52,166 bases of DNA from an uncultured delta proteobacterium (lineage in GTDB: Bacteria > Myxococcota > Myxococcia > Myxococcales > Myxococcaceae), in NCBI GenBank assembly GCA_963771175.1, contig CAVYSY010000049.1, positions 1-52,166 of the forward strand. Direction: 5' to 3'. The notes under the pieces were generated by a model. It searched no databases. It had not been told where the DNA came from and saw only the letters and a list, made by a program, of their open reading frames with translations. The position numbers and the translations under genes are program-made. Below are positions 39,992-52,035 of this stretch, piece by piece (position 1 is the stretch's first letter; each line of letters opens with the position of its first letter).

Positions 39992-41339
39992 TCAGGCCCC
40001 CTCGGCCGGCGTGGACGGCACGTGCCGGGGCAGCTCCAGGCGCAGGCGCGCGCCGCCCTCGGGCCGGTTCTCCGCGCGCAGCGTGCCGCCGAAGCGCTCC
40101 ACCAATTCGCGCGAGATGGACAGGCCCAGCCCCGTGCCCTTGTCCACCGCCTTCGTGGTGAAGAAGGCCTCGAAGAGCCGAGGCAGTGCCTCGGGCGGAA
40201 AGCCCGGGCCGTTGTCCTCCACCAGCAGCACCACCCTCCCCTCCTCCGCCACCCCCCTCACCCTCACCTCGCCCCCCTGCACCCTCGCCTCCTCCAGCGC
40301 GTCGCCCGCGTTCACCAGCAGGTTCAGCAGCACCTGCGCCAGCCTCCGCCGCGTGGCGAAGACCTCGGGCAGGTCCGCCGGCACCTCCACCTCCAGCCTC
40401 GCCACGTGCTTGAGCCTCACCGCCGCCAGCCTCGCCGCGTCCGACACCACGTCCGCCAGCATGCACTCGCTCGGCTCCTCCACGTCCATCCGCGAGAAGC
40501 CCTTCAGGTCCGACACAATCTGCCGGATGCGCTCCACCCCCGTGCGCGTCTCCTCGAAGACCTCCGTCAGCTCCGTCCGCGCCCCCTCCGGCAAGTCCTG
40601 CTCCAGCACCTCGGTGCGCAGGAAGTCCAGGTTGGAGCGCACGAAGGCCAGCGGGTTGTTGATTTCATGGATGACACTCGCGGCCAGCCGCCCCACCGTC
40701 GCCAGCTTCTCCGTCTGGGCTCGGTGGCGCTCGGCCACGGCCGCCTTCTCCAGCGACTCGCGGCGGGTGCGCTCGATGGCGGGTCTCGTCCTCGGCCGCC
40801 TGGGCCTTGCGCACCTGCGTCGAGCCGTACACTCCGAAGAAGGTGGCCGCCCCCACCATGAGGGCCCACGCCAGCGCGTGCGCCAGGCTCTCGTGCGTCA
40901 GCAGCAGCACGCCCATGATGCCCAGCGCGCTGGAGATGCCGCTGCCGATGGCGCCCCACGGCTCCCGTGGCTGGATGAGGGCCACCATCAGCGGAAGGGT
41001 GGGCACCACGTGGATGTAGGGGCTCTCGTCTCCTCCGGTGTGGAAGGTGATGGTCAGGAAGAAGCCGCTGAGGAGCACGCCATTGAGGGCGTCCAGCATC
41101 GGCGTCTGGCGCGCGTCCACCCGCGGACGCAGCCACCCATAGAGGAGCAGCTCCGCGGCCCACGCCACCCGCGTCAGCAGCGTCGCGAGGCTCGGGGCCG
41201 GCACGAGCAGCAGGTCCATCGGGTACAGCACGAGGATGGTCGTCGCGAACACCAGCACCGGCGCCTTCAGCCGCCGAGCGGGCGCTGCTCCAGCGGCGAG
41301 CGGCTCCGGGGCGGGAAGACGGTGGGTCGTGGGCTGCAT
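39992..41339 (-). CDS. Membrane sensor histidine kinase (frameshift near 40780)
   Basis: Multiple TM helices; HEINNP, QVLLNLLVNA, DNGPG, FFTTK..GTGLGL. Confidence 0.88.
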
Positions 41340-41352
41340 GGTCGGGCTCCCC

Positions 41353-42075
41353 TCAGCGCCGGGTGGCGATCACCACGCGGAACCCGTAGCGCGAGTACGG
41401 CTCGGGCAGCGCGTCGTGTCGGGCCTCCACGCTGAAGCCCTGGGCCTCCAGCAGCGCCCGGGCGCGCGGAAGCAGGAAGGTCAGGTAGTACATGACGAAG
41501 GGGGGCTGCCAGAGGGCGTTGCGCACCCGCATGGCCGCGTTGAAGGCCCGTGCCACCCAGTAGCCGGGGCGCAGCGGCGAGGGCGTGTCCCCGGTGACGA
41601 AGACGAAGCGCCCTCCCGGTTTCAGCGCCCGGTGGATGCCTTGCACCAGCCGCGGCTCGTCCTCCTCGGGGATGTGGCCGAAGGCGCCGAAGCTCGTCAC
41701 CAGGTCGAACTCCTCGCGCCACGGCAGCTCCAGGGCGTCGCCGCGCACGAACTCCAGGGCGGCCTCGCCCGGGGCGTCCGCCAGCCGCCGGCTCGCCTCC
41801 TCCAGCATGCCCTGGCTCAGGTCCAGCCCCACCACTCGCTCGCGGCACAGCGGCCTCAGGTAGCGCATCGCCGCTCCCGTGCCGCAGCACACGTCCAGCG
41901 CGCTGCCCACCGAGCCCGGCGGCCCGAGCAGCTCCAGGCTCGCCTTCAGCAGCCCGTTGGGCGTGCGGAACGGCGTGTATTCGAACTTCGGCGCGAGCAG
42001 GTCATACCCGCGCTCCACCGAGCTCAGGCCCTGCTGGAGGAGCTCCACGAAGCTCGGTCCCTTGGGATGGAACAT
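41353..42075 (-). CDS. Class I SAM-dependent methyltransferase
   Basis: ALDVCCGTG, GLDLSQGML, GDALELP, LKPGGRF. Confidence 0.9.
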   Translation of the reverse strand: MFHPKGPSFVELLQQGLSSVERGYDLLAPKFEYTPFRTPNGLLKASLELLGPPGSVGSALDVCCGTGAAMRYLRPLCRERVVGLDLSQGMLEEASRRLADAPGEAALEFVRGDALELPWREEFDLVTSFGAFGHIPEEDEPRLVQGIHRALKPGGRFVFVTGDTPSPLRPGYWVARAFNAAMRVRNALWQPPFVMYYLTFLLPRARALLEAQGFSVEARHDALPEPYSRYGFRVVIATRR

Positions 42076-42304
42076 GGTCGCCCCTCTACCCCAGGACGGG
42101 CTCGGGATTGGGTGTGAATGGTGTAAAATTTGCGTAGAACTGGATTATAGGGCGCCATGGCGTGCGGTGGTCAACGTTCACCTCGCTGGCGAAGACGCGC
42201 GCGGACCGCGAGAGCCGGACGGTGTCGTTCTCGTGGCGCGCCCCGTGTAACGAACCGCGTGGCTTGGAGACTGGCCCGCAGAACCTGCCAAGGAGCGGTC
42301 CCAC

Positions 42305-43391
42305 ATGAAGGAAAACCCGGCGGAACCAGGCCCGCAGAACCTTCAGGCGTTCGTGAGCGAGTACTACGGCAAGCTGCTTGCCTCGAGCGCCGATCTGAAA
42401 ACGAATGCCTGCTGCGCGAGTGGGGCGCCGCCCACGTGGCTCGCCTCCCGGCTGGCGAACATCCACCCGGACGTGGCGAACCGCTTCTACGGGTTGCGGG
42501 TTCCCCATCCCGCACGGACTTCGTGGCGCCACGGTGGTGGACCTCGGGTGCGGTACCGGCCGCGACGTCTACGTCCTCGCGCAGCTCGTCGGTCCGGATG
42601 GGCACGTCCATGGAATCGACATGACCGAGGAGCAGCTGGCCCTGGCGCGCGACACCGCGAGCTGGCACGCCGACAAGTTCCGCTTCCCTCGCCCCAACAC
42701 GAGCTTCCATCGGGGGTACATCGAAGACCTGCGAAGCCTCGGCCTCGGTGACGCGAGCGTTGATGTCGTCGTCTCGAACTGCGTCGTCAACCTCAGCCCT
42801 CGCAAGGAGCTCGTGCTCGCCGAGGTGTTCCGGGTGCTGAAGCCCGGCGGGGAGCTGTACATCAGCGACGTCTTCGCGGACCGGCGACTTCCTCCGGAGG
42901 TCTCGAGCGACCCCGTGCTCTACGCGGAGTGTCTCGGAGGCGCGCTCTACCAGGCCGACTTCGTCAGCCTCGCCAGGCGCGTGGGCTTCACCGACCCGAG
43001 GGTCGTCAGCAGCTCGCCGATCACGATTCACAACGAGGAGATCTCCCACAAGGCCGGCGCGGCGCGTTTCACGTCGGTGACCTATCGGCTCTTCAAGCTG
43101 GAAGGGCTCGATGACCAGTGCGAGGACTACGGCCAGTCCGCCGTGTATCGTGGCGGTATCGAAGGCGCTGAGTCGCTGTTCTGGCTCGACGACCACCACG
43201 CCTTCGAGCGGGCTCGACCCGAGCGCGTGTGCGCGAACACCGCGGCCATGCTGTCGAGCACTCGCTTCGCTCCTTGGTTCGAGGTCCTGGGCTCACGCAC
43301 CACGCACTTCGGCGTGTACCCGTGTGCTCCGACCCTGGCCGCCGCGCAGTACCAGAGCACGGTTCGGGAGGGCGGCGGGGCCTGCTGCTGA
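42305..43391 (+). CDS. arsM: Arsenite methyltransferase-like protein (frameshift near 42495)
   Basis: YYGK..DLKTNACC, FYGCGFPIP, VDLGCGTGRD, SNCVVNL, ECLGGALY, CEDYGQ, terminal CC. Confidence 0.82.
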
Positions 43392-43606
43392 AGCGGAATG
43401 AGGGCGCTGTGCTGGCCGAGCAACGCGCGCAGCTCCACGGGTGTGTGAGTCGCCTGGCGGAGCTCCAGCGGCACGTCGTGAGGATGCGCATGCTCGAGGA
43501 AATGTCCGGAGCCGACGCTGCCTCAACGCTCGAGCTGCAGCCGGGGCACGTTGCCGTGCTCCTCCACCGCGCGAAGAGGGACCTCCTTCGGTGCATGGCG
43601 GAGTGA
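43392..43606 (+). pseudogene. ECF sigma factor region-4 fragment
   Basis: CVSRLAELQRHVVRMRMLEEMSGADAASTLEL..VAVLLHRAKRDLLRC; region 2 absent. Confidence 0.6.
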
Positions 43607-43672
43607 GACCGAAGGGGATGGCGGCGAGTATTGGCATACGTGACGGCCAAGGCCGGCGTGTGTCCCACGGAG

Positions 43673-43698
43673 GGTGTCGGAACGAGTTCTTTGACACC
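43673..43698 (+). repeat. Spacer end plus arm B variant
   Basis: GGTGTCGGAACGAGTTCTTTGACACC. Confidence 0.88.
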
Positions 43699-43778
43699 TT
43701 TCCGGTTCGCGTAACCGTCCGGCGGAGCCTGCGTATCTACTCCGCGCAACGCGCTGGGCACTCAACGGGAGATGAACG

Positions 43779-44789
43779 ATGACGCGTGCATCCGTAGCTA
43801 CCACTCGCAGCTTGCCGAGCTTCTCCGCGGCTCCCTCATTTGAGCAAGCCCTGGCTGACCATGGCGCCGCGCCGCTTGTCCGTGGGCGCGTCCGAACACT
43901 TCAGGTCAATGTCGGCAAGCTCTGCAACATGGCGTGCCATCACTGCCATGTCGAGGCCGGGCCCAAGCGAACCGAGAGCATGGGGCGCGACGTCGCCGAA
44001 CGTCTCATCGAGCTGCTCTCCAGAAATCCCGACGTCGAGGTCGTCGACTTCACGGGTGGCGCCCCCGAGCTCAACCCGCACTTCCGGTGGCTCGTCGAGG
44101 AGGCTCGACGGCTTGGACGGAGAGTCATCGATTGATGCAACTTGACGGTGCTCTTCGAGCCAGGCCAGGCGGAGCTTCCTGACTTCTTGGCCAGGCACGA
44201 CGTCGAGATTGTCGCCAGCCTTCCCTGCTACAGTCCCGAGAACGTCGAAAAGCAACGGGGGCGCGGCGCGTTCGACAAGAGCATCCAGGCCCTGCTCCTG
44301 CTGAACAAGCTCGGCTACGGGCGGGTGGGCTCGCGCCTCAAATTGAGTCTCGTTTACAACCCCGTCGGGCCGTCGCTGCCCCCCGCCCAGGGAAAACTCG
44401 AGGCGAAGTACAAGGAAGAGCTGTCGCGGCTCTTCGGCATCGAGTTTCACGACCTGCTCACCATCACGAACATGCCGATCAAGAGATTCGCGCACGCCCT
44501 CGAACGCGCGAACGCGCTCGAGTCCTACATGGGCTTGCTCGCGAATCACTTCAACGTGAGCACGGTACCGGAGCTGATGTGCCGGTCCCTCGTGAGCGTG
44601 AGCTGGGATGGTCAGCTCTACGACTGCGACTTCAACCAGATGATGGACCTGCCTCCTGGCGCGGGAGCGCGTTCGATCTGGGACATCGACTCGTTCGCGG
44701 AGCTCGAGCGCGCCCGAATCGCGACCGACGGCCACTGCTTCGGCTGCACCGCGGGGGCGGGCTCGAGCTGCTCGGGGGCGTTGCGTTGA
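43779..44789 (+). CDS. arsS: Arsenosugar-biosynthesis radical SAM protein, with in-frame TGA at 44133
   Basis: LQVNVGKLCNMACHHCHV, FTGGAPELNP, YDCDFNQM, HCFGCTAGAGSSCSG. Confidence 0.82.
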
Positions 44790-44810
44790 CCCACATGACC
44801 ACGGCCACTG

Positions 44811-45078
44811 TCATCCTCGCGGCGAGCACTCAGCGCAGCTGCGCGGTGGAGCGTCCCACTGGGCGAGCCGCACGCGAACCCGGGCCTCGCGCGGGGTGTA
44901 CTTCATGGCGTTGTCGAGGAGGTTGGCCAGCACCTGCTCAATCCGGTCGCGGTCCGCGCCCACCCAGGCGACGCCCTCGGTGAGCTCCACGTCCAGGTGG
45001 CGCTGGGGGTGCTGGTGGCGGAAGTCGTCGGCCACGTCGGCCACCAGGGCGCGCAGGTCCACGGGCCGCGGGCGGATT
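44811..45078 (-). pseudogene. Internal fragment of a histidine kinase HATPase domain
   Basis: VDLRALVADV..DRDRIEQVLANLLDNAMKYT; lacks H-box and G-boxes; abuts the repeat. Confidence 0.75.
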
Positions 45079-45088
45079 TGAAGCCGGA

Positions 45089-45105
45089 ACGAGTTCTTTG
45101 ACACC
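45089..45105 (+). repeat. Lone arm B variant
   Basis: ACGAGTTCTTTGACACC, the same variant as 43682. Confidence 0.88.
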
Positions 45106-45138
45106 TTTCCTGCTTGGGGGAGCACTGGTGTCATGCGG

Positions 45139-45941
45139 TCAGTTTCGGCCCAACGCCCTGTCCCAGTCAGCCAACTGCAGGGTCACCGTATACTTGTAGG
45201 CGCTGGAGATTTTCTCGAAGTCTTTCGGGGGAAGCGCGGAGAGGCGCTCGCGCAGGAAGCCCGGGTCGCTGAGCTCCTCGCGGTGTTTGAAGCCGGTGTC
45301 CACCTCGACCAGGACAGGTATCACCCGGAGCACGGCCTCCATGCACTCCTCTCGAGTAGCGCGAGACATGCGCTCCACCGTCAGAGACAGGTGCTCGCGC
45401 ACCGAAGGGGGGCCCCCGGGGCACCATGCCTCCAGCGTCATACCGTAGATGTCCTCTACCAACTCCTCCAGCGTGTACTCCCTCGAACCAGAACGCGTAG
45501 CGCGGGCCCTGGAGCACCTCCCAGAAGCGCAGCAGCGCGGCGAGCCGCCTGGCCATGCGCTCCGCGCTCCGCGGCGGGGGGGGAGACACGGCATGGTAGA
45601 GCGCGCCCCAAGGGGCGCTCAGGCAGAAGGTCTCGAAGACCTCCTCCATTCGCTGGCGCTTTTCTTTTGGGACGCCGTCATTCAAGCCGATGAAGACGTC
45701 GGCGAACAGGTACACCCGCCAGCGGGGGTGGGGGATGATGTTGGAGTCGGCCCCCGAGTCCACGATCAGCGCCTCGCCGGGCGGCACCTGGAGCATCCGC
45801 CGAGGCTGGGTAAAGGCACCCGTCTCGAGGTACTCCCGGGCCCACTCCTGCCCCTTGGCTCTCACCTTGTCGGAGGATGGCGCCGGTGAGGCCGTGGAAC
45901 ATCGCTGGAAATTCGAGCCCCGGGGACTGTGGCACGGTCAT
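45139..45941 (-). CDS. Myxobacterial hypothetical protein, possible immunity protein (frameshifted)
   Basis: ORFs 45678-45941, 45167-45865 and 45139-45594 join into one protein. Confidence 0.6.
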
Positions 45942-45974
45942 GGCCCTGGCCCTACCACAGTGGTTACGTGCGTC

Positions 45975-47284
45975 TCAATGGCAGTCCACGGGCAGGTAGA
46001 CCTGGCCTTGGAAGCCGCTGGGCCATTTGCCCCCTTCATAGGCAGCCCGGAGCGCCTGCTCGGCCACCTCACCGAGCTTTTCCATTTCCCCCTGAGGCAC
46101 CTGCTCTTCTTTCTGGGCCGCGCGTTCCTTCCAGGAGGCGTTGGGCTGCTTGCGCCGGTAGCTCCAGCGGTAGAGCGTCACGCCGGGCTCTGGCGTGCGC
46201 AAGGACAACTGCCAGAGCGCTCCCCCGTTCTCGAACTCGAGAAAGAGCGAGCCGTCGAAGCCAGTGCCTCCCGAGAGTTGTTTGTGGGGCTCAACGGCCG
46301 CATTGAGCGCCGCCAGGTAGTGCCCCGCCTGCTCCCTCCCCTGCCTGCGCGCCTCCTCGGTGTCCGGCTTGATCTCGAAGAGCACGAGCGCGCGGGTGTC
46401 GGTGATGTCCGGGCGCAACGCCAGGTAGTGCCCCGCCTGCTCCCTCCCCTGCCTGCGCGCCTCCTCGGTGTCCGCTGAAGCATCCCCTCATTCAGCAAGC
46501 TGGCGAGGAGGGGGCGGTAGGCTGTTTAGTTCGAGCGGTAGGGTCATGGACGTTACTGGAGAAGTGGGTATCTTCCAGCTATCAACGAGCAGCAGGTCCA
46601 TGAATTCCTCTCCAGCCTCTTCGCGGAGGATGTCCACTCCAAGCGGGTGCTGTCGCTCTCGCTGGCGACGCTGGGGGCCGCAGGTGAGAGTCTTGGCATG
46701 GAGCGCCACCTCAAGGCCAACACCTCCAAGAAACGCACCTACTCCCTCTTCCGTCAGGGATGTATGTACTACCAGGCCCTGCCGATGATGCGCGAAGCCG
46801 CGTTGCGGCCGCTCATCGAGCGCTTCGCCCAACTCGTCCGTGAGCAGCTCTGTCTTCCGCGAAGCTTTCGGTCTCATCTAAAATGAGGGGATGGCTCAGC
46901 GGTGTCCGGCTTGATCTCGAAGAGCACGAGCGCGCGGGGTGCTCGGTGTTCCGGGCGCAGGAGTCTGACGAACTTGGGGAGACGCTCGGGGTCTCCCAAC
47001 TCCCCGTCCTTCACGATGGTGAAGAGATTGACGGTGTCGAGGAAGACGCGGTTGGAGGGATTCTGCGCGCGGTACTGCCTGCCAATGGCTTCATGTTGCG
47101 GCCCGGCCAAGAAAGGCGCCCCAGGGCTCCGTGGAGTCTGACTTGCGGCCCTGGAGCCTGGAGGAGGGGGGCTCCGCCTGGGCACTGAGGGTCGCCACGA
47201 GCACCAGGAGAAAACCCGCCAGCCCCAGGGTGCTCCTCCCCAAGGCGCGCCTCGTCCTGGCCGCACGTTCTTTCATGGACAACA
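45975..47284 (-). pseudogene. Secreted PD-(D/E)XK-like protein interrupted by an IS remnant and a 108-bp duplication
   Basis: Signal LAGFLLVLVATLSAQA; HEAIG..LRPDITD..LFEIKP; split at 46475-46899. Confidence 0.6.
46475..46899 (+). mobile_element. Internally deleted IS4-family element (425 bp)
   Basis: TIRs CTGAAGCATCCCCTCATT and AATGAGGGGATGGCTCAG; 9-bp TSD CGGTGTCCG at 46466 and 46900; transposase C-terminus LGAAGESLGMERHLKANTSKKRTYSLFRQG. Confidence 0.85.
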
Positions 47285-47643
47285 TGCTCCTCCCGGTGCA
47301 GTTCAAGGTCGGGAGGCAACCATCTGACGGCTGCGCACCTAGGCCCGCGCAGGACCGTGAACCCCCACCTGGACGGCAGCCAGCGTCGAGGTTCAACAAA
47401 AAGTACTCCCCGGCAGAACTCGCCAGTTCGAGGCCGCGCAGTCTCGGCATGCTCGCCCCCCCCGCGATCCACGTCCATGCGGCCCCAGCGCCCTGTGTGG
47501 ACGATCTCCACGAAGCCCAGCGCCCCTCACGGTCGTATCAACGTACCCCGCCCCGCTCACCTGGACGCTCGCCCTGTAGCCTCAGCGCTCACCATAATGC
47601 CCGCTTCCTTCAGTGAAGCAGCGGGACGCTGTAGGCTTCGCTT

Positions 47644-48902
47644 ATGACCACTCTACGCTTCCCTCGTTTTGAACGAACTCTCGGAGTTTCGCTGAATGAA
47701 CTCAAATTTGAGCATCTCGTTCAGCTGGCTGCTCGATTTACCTCCGACCCTGTGTTGGAGGACTTTGATCTGGAGTTCAAAGAGCGAGTCTACGACGAGA
47801 ATGAAAAGAATCGTCGGGAGCTTCCCGCAGACATAGCTGCGATGGCTAATAGCCAAGGCGGCATCATACTCCTCGGCATCAAGGCGGAGAATGGCGCCGC
47901 AAAAGAAGCCGTTGAGTTGCCGCTCACCGAAGCAGAGGAACTCAGAATGACAAATATGATCCTGTCGGCCATCTTTCCACGGCCGAGGTTTGAGTTCCTC
48001 CGCGTTGTCAAAGCAACAGACCCTACAAAGGGCTGCTTTGCCATACTAGTCCCCAAGAGTCCTGACGCACCACATGCCGTGAGGCTTGATGAAAATTATC
48101 GCTACTATCGACGAGACAGCGCAGCAAAACGCATCATGTGGGAGTCCGAGATCGCTGACGCATATCGCAGCCGCTTTCATGAGTCCGACAATCAAGTCCA
48201 GCGACTCCAGAAAGTAGCAAGCGATGGGGCCAGCCAACTTAGCCGGACCGGAATGGGATGGCTTTCTATGTCACTTGTCCCCAACAACCCCGGCGGGATG
48301 AATTTGACCAATCAGAGCCTACAGCGGCTGGAGAGTTGGATCAGAACCTACACTCAAGACAGCGTGACCCGCATTCCCGCCTTTTACGGTCGAACGGCAC
48401 GCCAGCGTATCGGAGCCCGCCGGGTAAGTTCAGCGCGGGGCGCAACAATACTGATCATCTTAATGAGTACTCCTACGCTGAACTTCACACGGACGGCAGT
48501 GGCTTTTATTCGTACTGGCTTCCTCTAAATCCCGACGGCAAAAACATCGAACCTCAAGCCCTCAGAGTCCAAGACTCAAGTGTCACAGAACGAGCCCTCT
48601 GCGGATTGCGCCTTCTTGCGGATCATGCGATCAGCAATGCTGGCTGCCATGGGGACGCACTTGTATCTGCCAGCATTGTTCTGCCCAAAGACATGAGTAA
48701 TATCATTCCTATTGAATTCAGCTCGAATGACTTTTCGCCCTCGCAACCGCTTGACCCCATTCCTTGCCCTGATGAGTCAAGTGCAACCGTCAACCTGGAT
48801 GAAATAGTCGGCGCTTGGCGTGGAACGCTGCTGGCCACTAGACTAGTGCTTGCTGACTTCATGCAGGCGTGCGGAATTCCCCGATGCCGCCAGATTTCTT
48901 GA
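47644..48902 (+). CDS. AlbA_2/Schlafen-domain protein (frameshift near 48430)
   Basis: EDFDLEFKE..DIAAMANSQGGIILLGI..PKSPDAPHAV..YYRRD; markedly lower GC. Confidence 0.8.
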
Positions 48903-48949
48903 GTGTGGGGAACTCAATCCTCAAACTTGGCCAAACGAAGGACTACAGG

Positions 48950-49910
48950 AATGGACTCAGCGCGCGAGGCTAACTTTCATCAACCGCCGAGACTAAGAAC
49001 AAAGGCGTGCATCGCACTTCTGCTCTTTCTCTCAGCCTGCGCTACGACACCGCCCACCCCAAGAGAGCCAGCGGCCCGGGACCCGAGGCTCGCCAACCTC
49101 CAGCGAGCGGCGAAGCTGCCCTGGACGGACGGGGGGCAGTGTGCCGTCCGCGAAGCTTCTGAGCCCTGGCCCGTGCTGGCGGAGCGGTGCTTTTATGCCC
49201 TCGACCATGACCGGGTTCGGTTTCGGGACATCACGGGCAGATGCGCCGTCGCCTCCGCAGGTGCGGCAGTGGGCGTCGGACTCTGTGTCTTGGCGGCACC
49301 GGAGATCATCGTGGGAGCAGTGATCGTCGCGGGCGTGGTGGTGGTGGGATTCGCCATCAAAGAGGCCCTGGATGCGTATGCGCTGGATATGGGCCACCCC
49401 GAGGTAAGGCCCGTGCCAGAAACGCGGCCCGTGCCTGAAACAGCGCCCGCCCCGCAGAAACCCTCGCCGAAAAAAAGGCCCAAGCCGGAGCCCAAAGGGC
49501 CGGATTTCCCTCCCGTGGAGCCACCCGAACTCTCGGAGCGAGATCGTCACAGGTGCGAGCCCGTCCCAGTGCCGATCACCGGGCGAGAATAAGCTGCATA
49601 ACAAGTGCGCCGATCAGTTTCCGCCCAACCGTTATCCCCGGAATGGATGTGCTCGTGGGCGGTGTGAGCTTCGATGCACTGCAAGTCGGCGCGCGTGTGC
49701 TGTGGGAGATCAAGACCCATCGATTTGATACGTACCCTGACTTTATTCGACGAGAAATGGAGATTGATAGATCAAATGGAAAAATTGCAGCAGGAGCGTG
49801 CGGCGGCATGTGGATATGCTTAGGTCGTTGGGGTGAGCACCCAAGCGCACAAAGCCGCGCTGCTCGACGAGATCAACCCTCAATATCGTTGTCAGGGGTG
49901 CAAACGATGA
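48950..49910 (+). CDS. DUF6310-like lipoprotein toxin with REase-like C-terminus (multiple frameshifts, start uncertain)
   Basis: ACIALLLFLSAC; LQRAAKLPWTDGG; CEPVPVP; FDALQVGARVLWEIKT. Confidence 0.7.
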
Positions 49911-50664
49911 CCAAGCGTAGAGACCCTCATCTTCATCGTCTACGCGCCTGCTCTCGTGGGCAACGACCGCCGCGCGCTTAGCGTCGTCATGGAATGGAAA
50001 GGGCGCTCCCCGGCTTGCGCCTGGAGTGGAGGATTTCCGAGAGGGGAGCTGATCCCGCGTTGCCGCAGCGCGACGCGTGGCTCGTAGAAAGCATTGAGGA
50101 CGGGGGATTCCCGCTCCTGTGCAATGGCGACGAGAGCTACCCCGTGACGGTTTCGGGAATGGGAAGATCGGGACTCTTCAGCCCAGGCGGTCAGGACCAG
50201 TTTGAAGTGCATGCAAAACTGCCACTGGACGAGCCCGTGATCGCGGCAGCGGCGGATGTGCTTGAAGGCATGGCGGAGGGGGCTCGCGCGTTTTGGGGGC
50301 GTGCGACGCCGGACGGCGTGGCGGCGGAGATGGCGTAGCAGGTGCGCCATTCGCTGGACGGAGCCGCATGCTCCGCCCCGGGGGCTGCCCGCGCTCAAGC
50401 TCTCCGACGCACATCCGCTCGCCAGAGATTCCGCATCACCTCGGGTGGCTGAACTACTGGTCCGCCGCTGCCGCAGAAGCCATCGGCTTTCCGGACCCGG
50501 CCCGCGACGCGGAGCTGCTGTCACGCTCACGGCGTACCGCGACGGGCGGGTGGGTCGTGCAGCTCACCGATGCGCCGCTCGACCTGGACAACCCGGCCCA
50601 CCTGGACGCGCTCAAACGGGCCTACGAGCGCTTCCCGGAGATTGGCGGGCGCTCCGCCCCTTGA
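49907..50664 (+). CDS. DUF5953-like immunity protein (frameshifted)
   Basis: IVYAPALVGND..MERALPGLRLEW..LGWLNYWSAAAA..LTDAPLDLDNPAHLDALKRAYERFPEIGGR. Confidence 0.75.
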
Positions 50665-50692
50665 GGCTCGGCACGGCTCGCGCTGGCCGTGC

Positions 50693-51170
50693 TCAGGGCC
50701 CCTTCGCTTTGCCCTCGGGGAAGGTGACGTTCCCAAGGGTGACGGTGCGCGGCCCGGTTGCCTCCCACAGCTTGAGGGTACAGGGGCAGCCGAGCTGCGC
50801 GCGCTCCCCCTCGATGCCCACCACGACGGCACCGGCACCATTCGCGGGGATGGGTGCCTGTTGCCACCGGGCAAGCTCCACCTCTTCCCCCGCCTTGTCC
50901 ACCAGCGCCGCCCCCGCGAGCGTCCAGGGCTCGGCACCGGGGTTCTTGAGGCTCAGTCGCGCAGCCACGCTCACCGGGCGGGTCTTGTCGCTGAGCGTGT
51001 AGCTGGAGCTCGTGGTCGCTTCCAACCCGAGCGCGTTTCCCGGCTGCTCCCTCACCGACCCGAAAAGCGGCTTGCGACGCGAGGGTCCCGGCCCGCTCCA
51101 GCCACGCGGCCCCCATGAGCCCGCCCGGCTCCTGACGCTCGGCCAGAAGCCGCGCTTTGTCCTCCTGGCA
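50693..51170 (-). pseudogene. C-terminal fragment of a DUF2381-like protein
   Basis: LKNPGAEPWTLAGAALV..GCPCTLKLWEA..VTLGNVTFP; N-terminus missing at the repeat. Confidence 0.65.
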
Positions 51171-51178
51171 CCGGAAAT

Positions 51179-51230
51179 GGTGTCAAAGGACTCGTTCTGA
51201 TACCTCGTCTCCTACGAATCGTCTGACACC
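51179..51230 (-). repeat. Complete element, same variant allele as 8321-8372, inverted
   Basis: Reverse complement equals 8321-8372. Confidence 0.96.
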
Positions 51231-51259
51231 CTTCCTGGGACACCTTCCCCGAGCACCAC

Positions 51260-52035
51260 TCATTGCCCGAGCGACGAGGGCGGCGGCTTCGCGCTGAAGG
51301 AGGGCGCGTAGCACTCCCCCGGTGTTCGAAGAGGTCCTCCGGGCACGGGGCCTTGAGCTTGTGAGGCATCCAGCAGGCGCCCACCAAGCCCAACTTCGGT
51401 GTAGCGCGTGCAGGGGGGACGCTTCTGTCCTTTGAAGGGCTCTTTCGGGAGAGGTCGGGCGAACACGGTTTGCCCCTGGGGAGTGGTGTCCGCGAGCCAC
51501 GCGCGGAAGTCCGACGTCTCAGCTGCCGTGGGCACCCCGTGGCTCATGGGCGCTGGCGGGGGCGCTCGGGGGTTGGGACACCGAGGGAAGACGCACCAGC
51601 GCGAAAGAGCAGGGTTCCCACCGTGGCGGCGCTCACCACGCCCAACCCCAGGCGCCACCGGAGGCGGGGCTTGTCGGTGTCGGACAAGGCGCGGGCCATG
51701 TGCCGCACTTCCTCGAGCACATTCTCCAATGTGAGCAGCAGCGACTCCGCCGACTGATGGTCCTGGCCCTGGCCCAGTTCGGTGTGCTCCATATCCATGG
51801 CGGAGTAGCCCCGTGAGGCCCAGAAGCCGAGGCGCACCCGCCAGTTCTTCCCCGGTGCCGCGGCCTCCTCGGCGGTGTGCTTCCGCACCAGGGCCGTGGC
51901 CCCGCTCGTCTCGTTCGTGGCCAGGTAGAGCTCCACCTGGCTGTCATGGGACTGCTGCACCTGTTCCTGAATCAGGTACGGCCCCACCCGCTCCGGGCCC
52001 CCTCCCCGCTCACCTCGGACTTCTTCTTCGTCCAT
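51260..52035 (-). CDS. Copy 2 of the 7456-8229 gene (frameshifted)
   Basis: Near-identical sequence on the opposite strand. Confidence 0.8.

Noticed and set aside
44133..44135. Selenocysteine codon in arsS
   Set aside because: The position appears to correspond to Arg in IDRCNL; the family Sec site is the C-terminal GSSxG, which is Cys here.
28759..52035. Widespread pseudogenisation or programmed frameshifting
   Set aside because: Single-base indels, many in homopolymers, hit many unrelated genes; sequencing error is more parsimonious.
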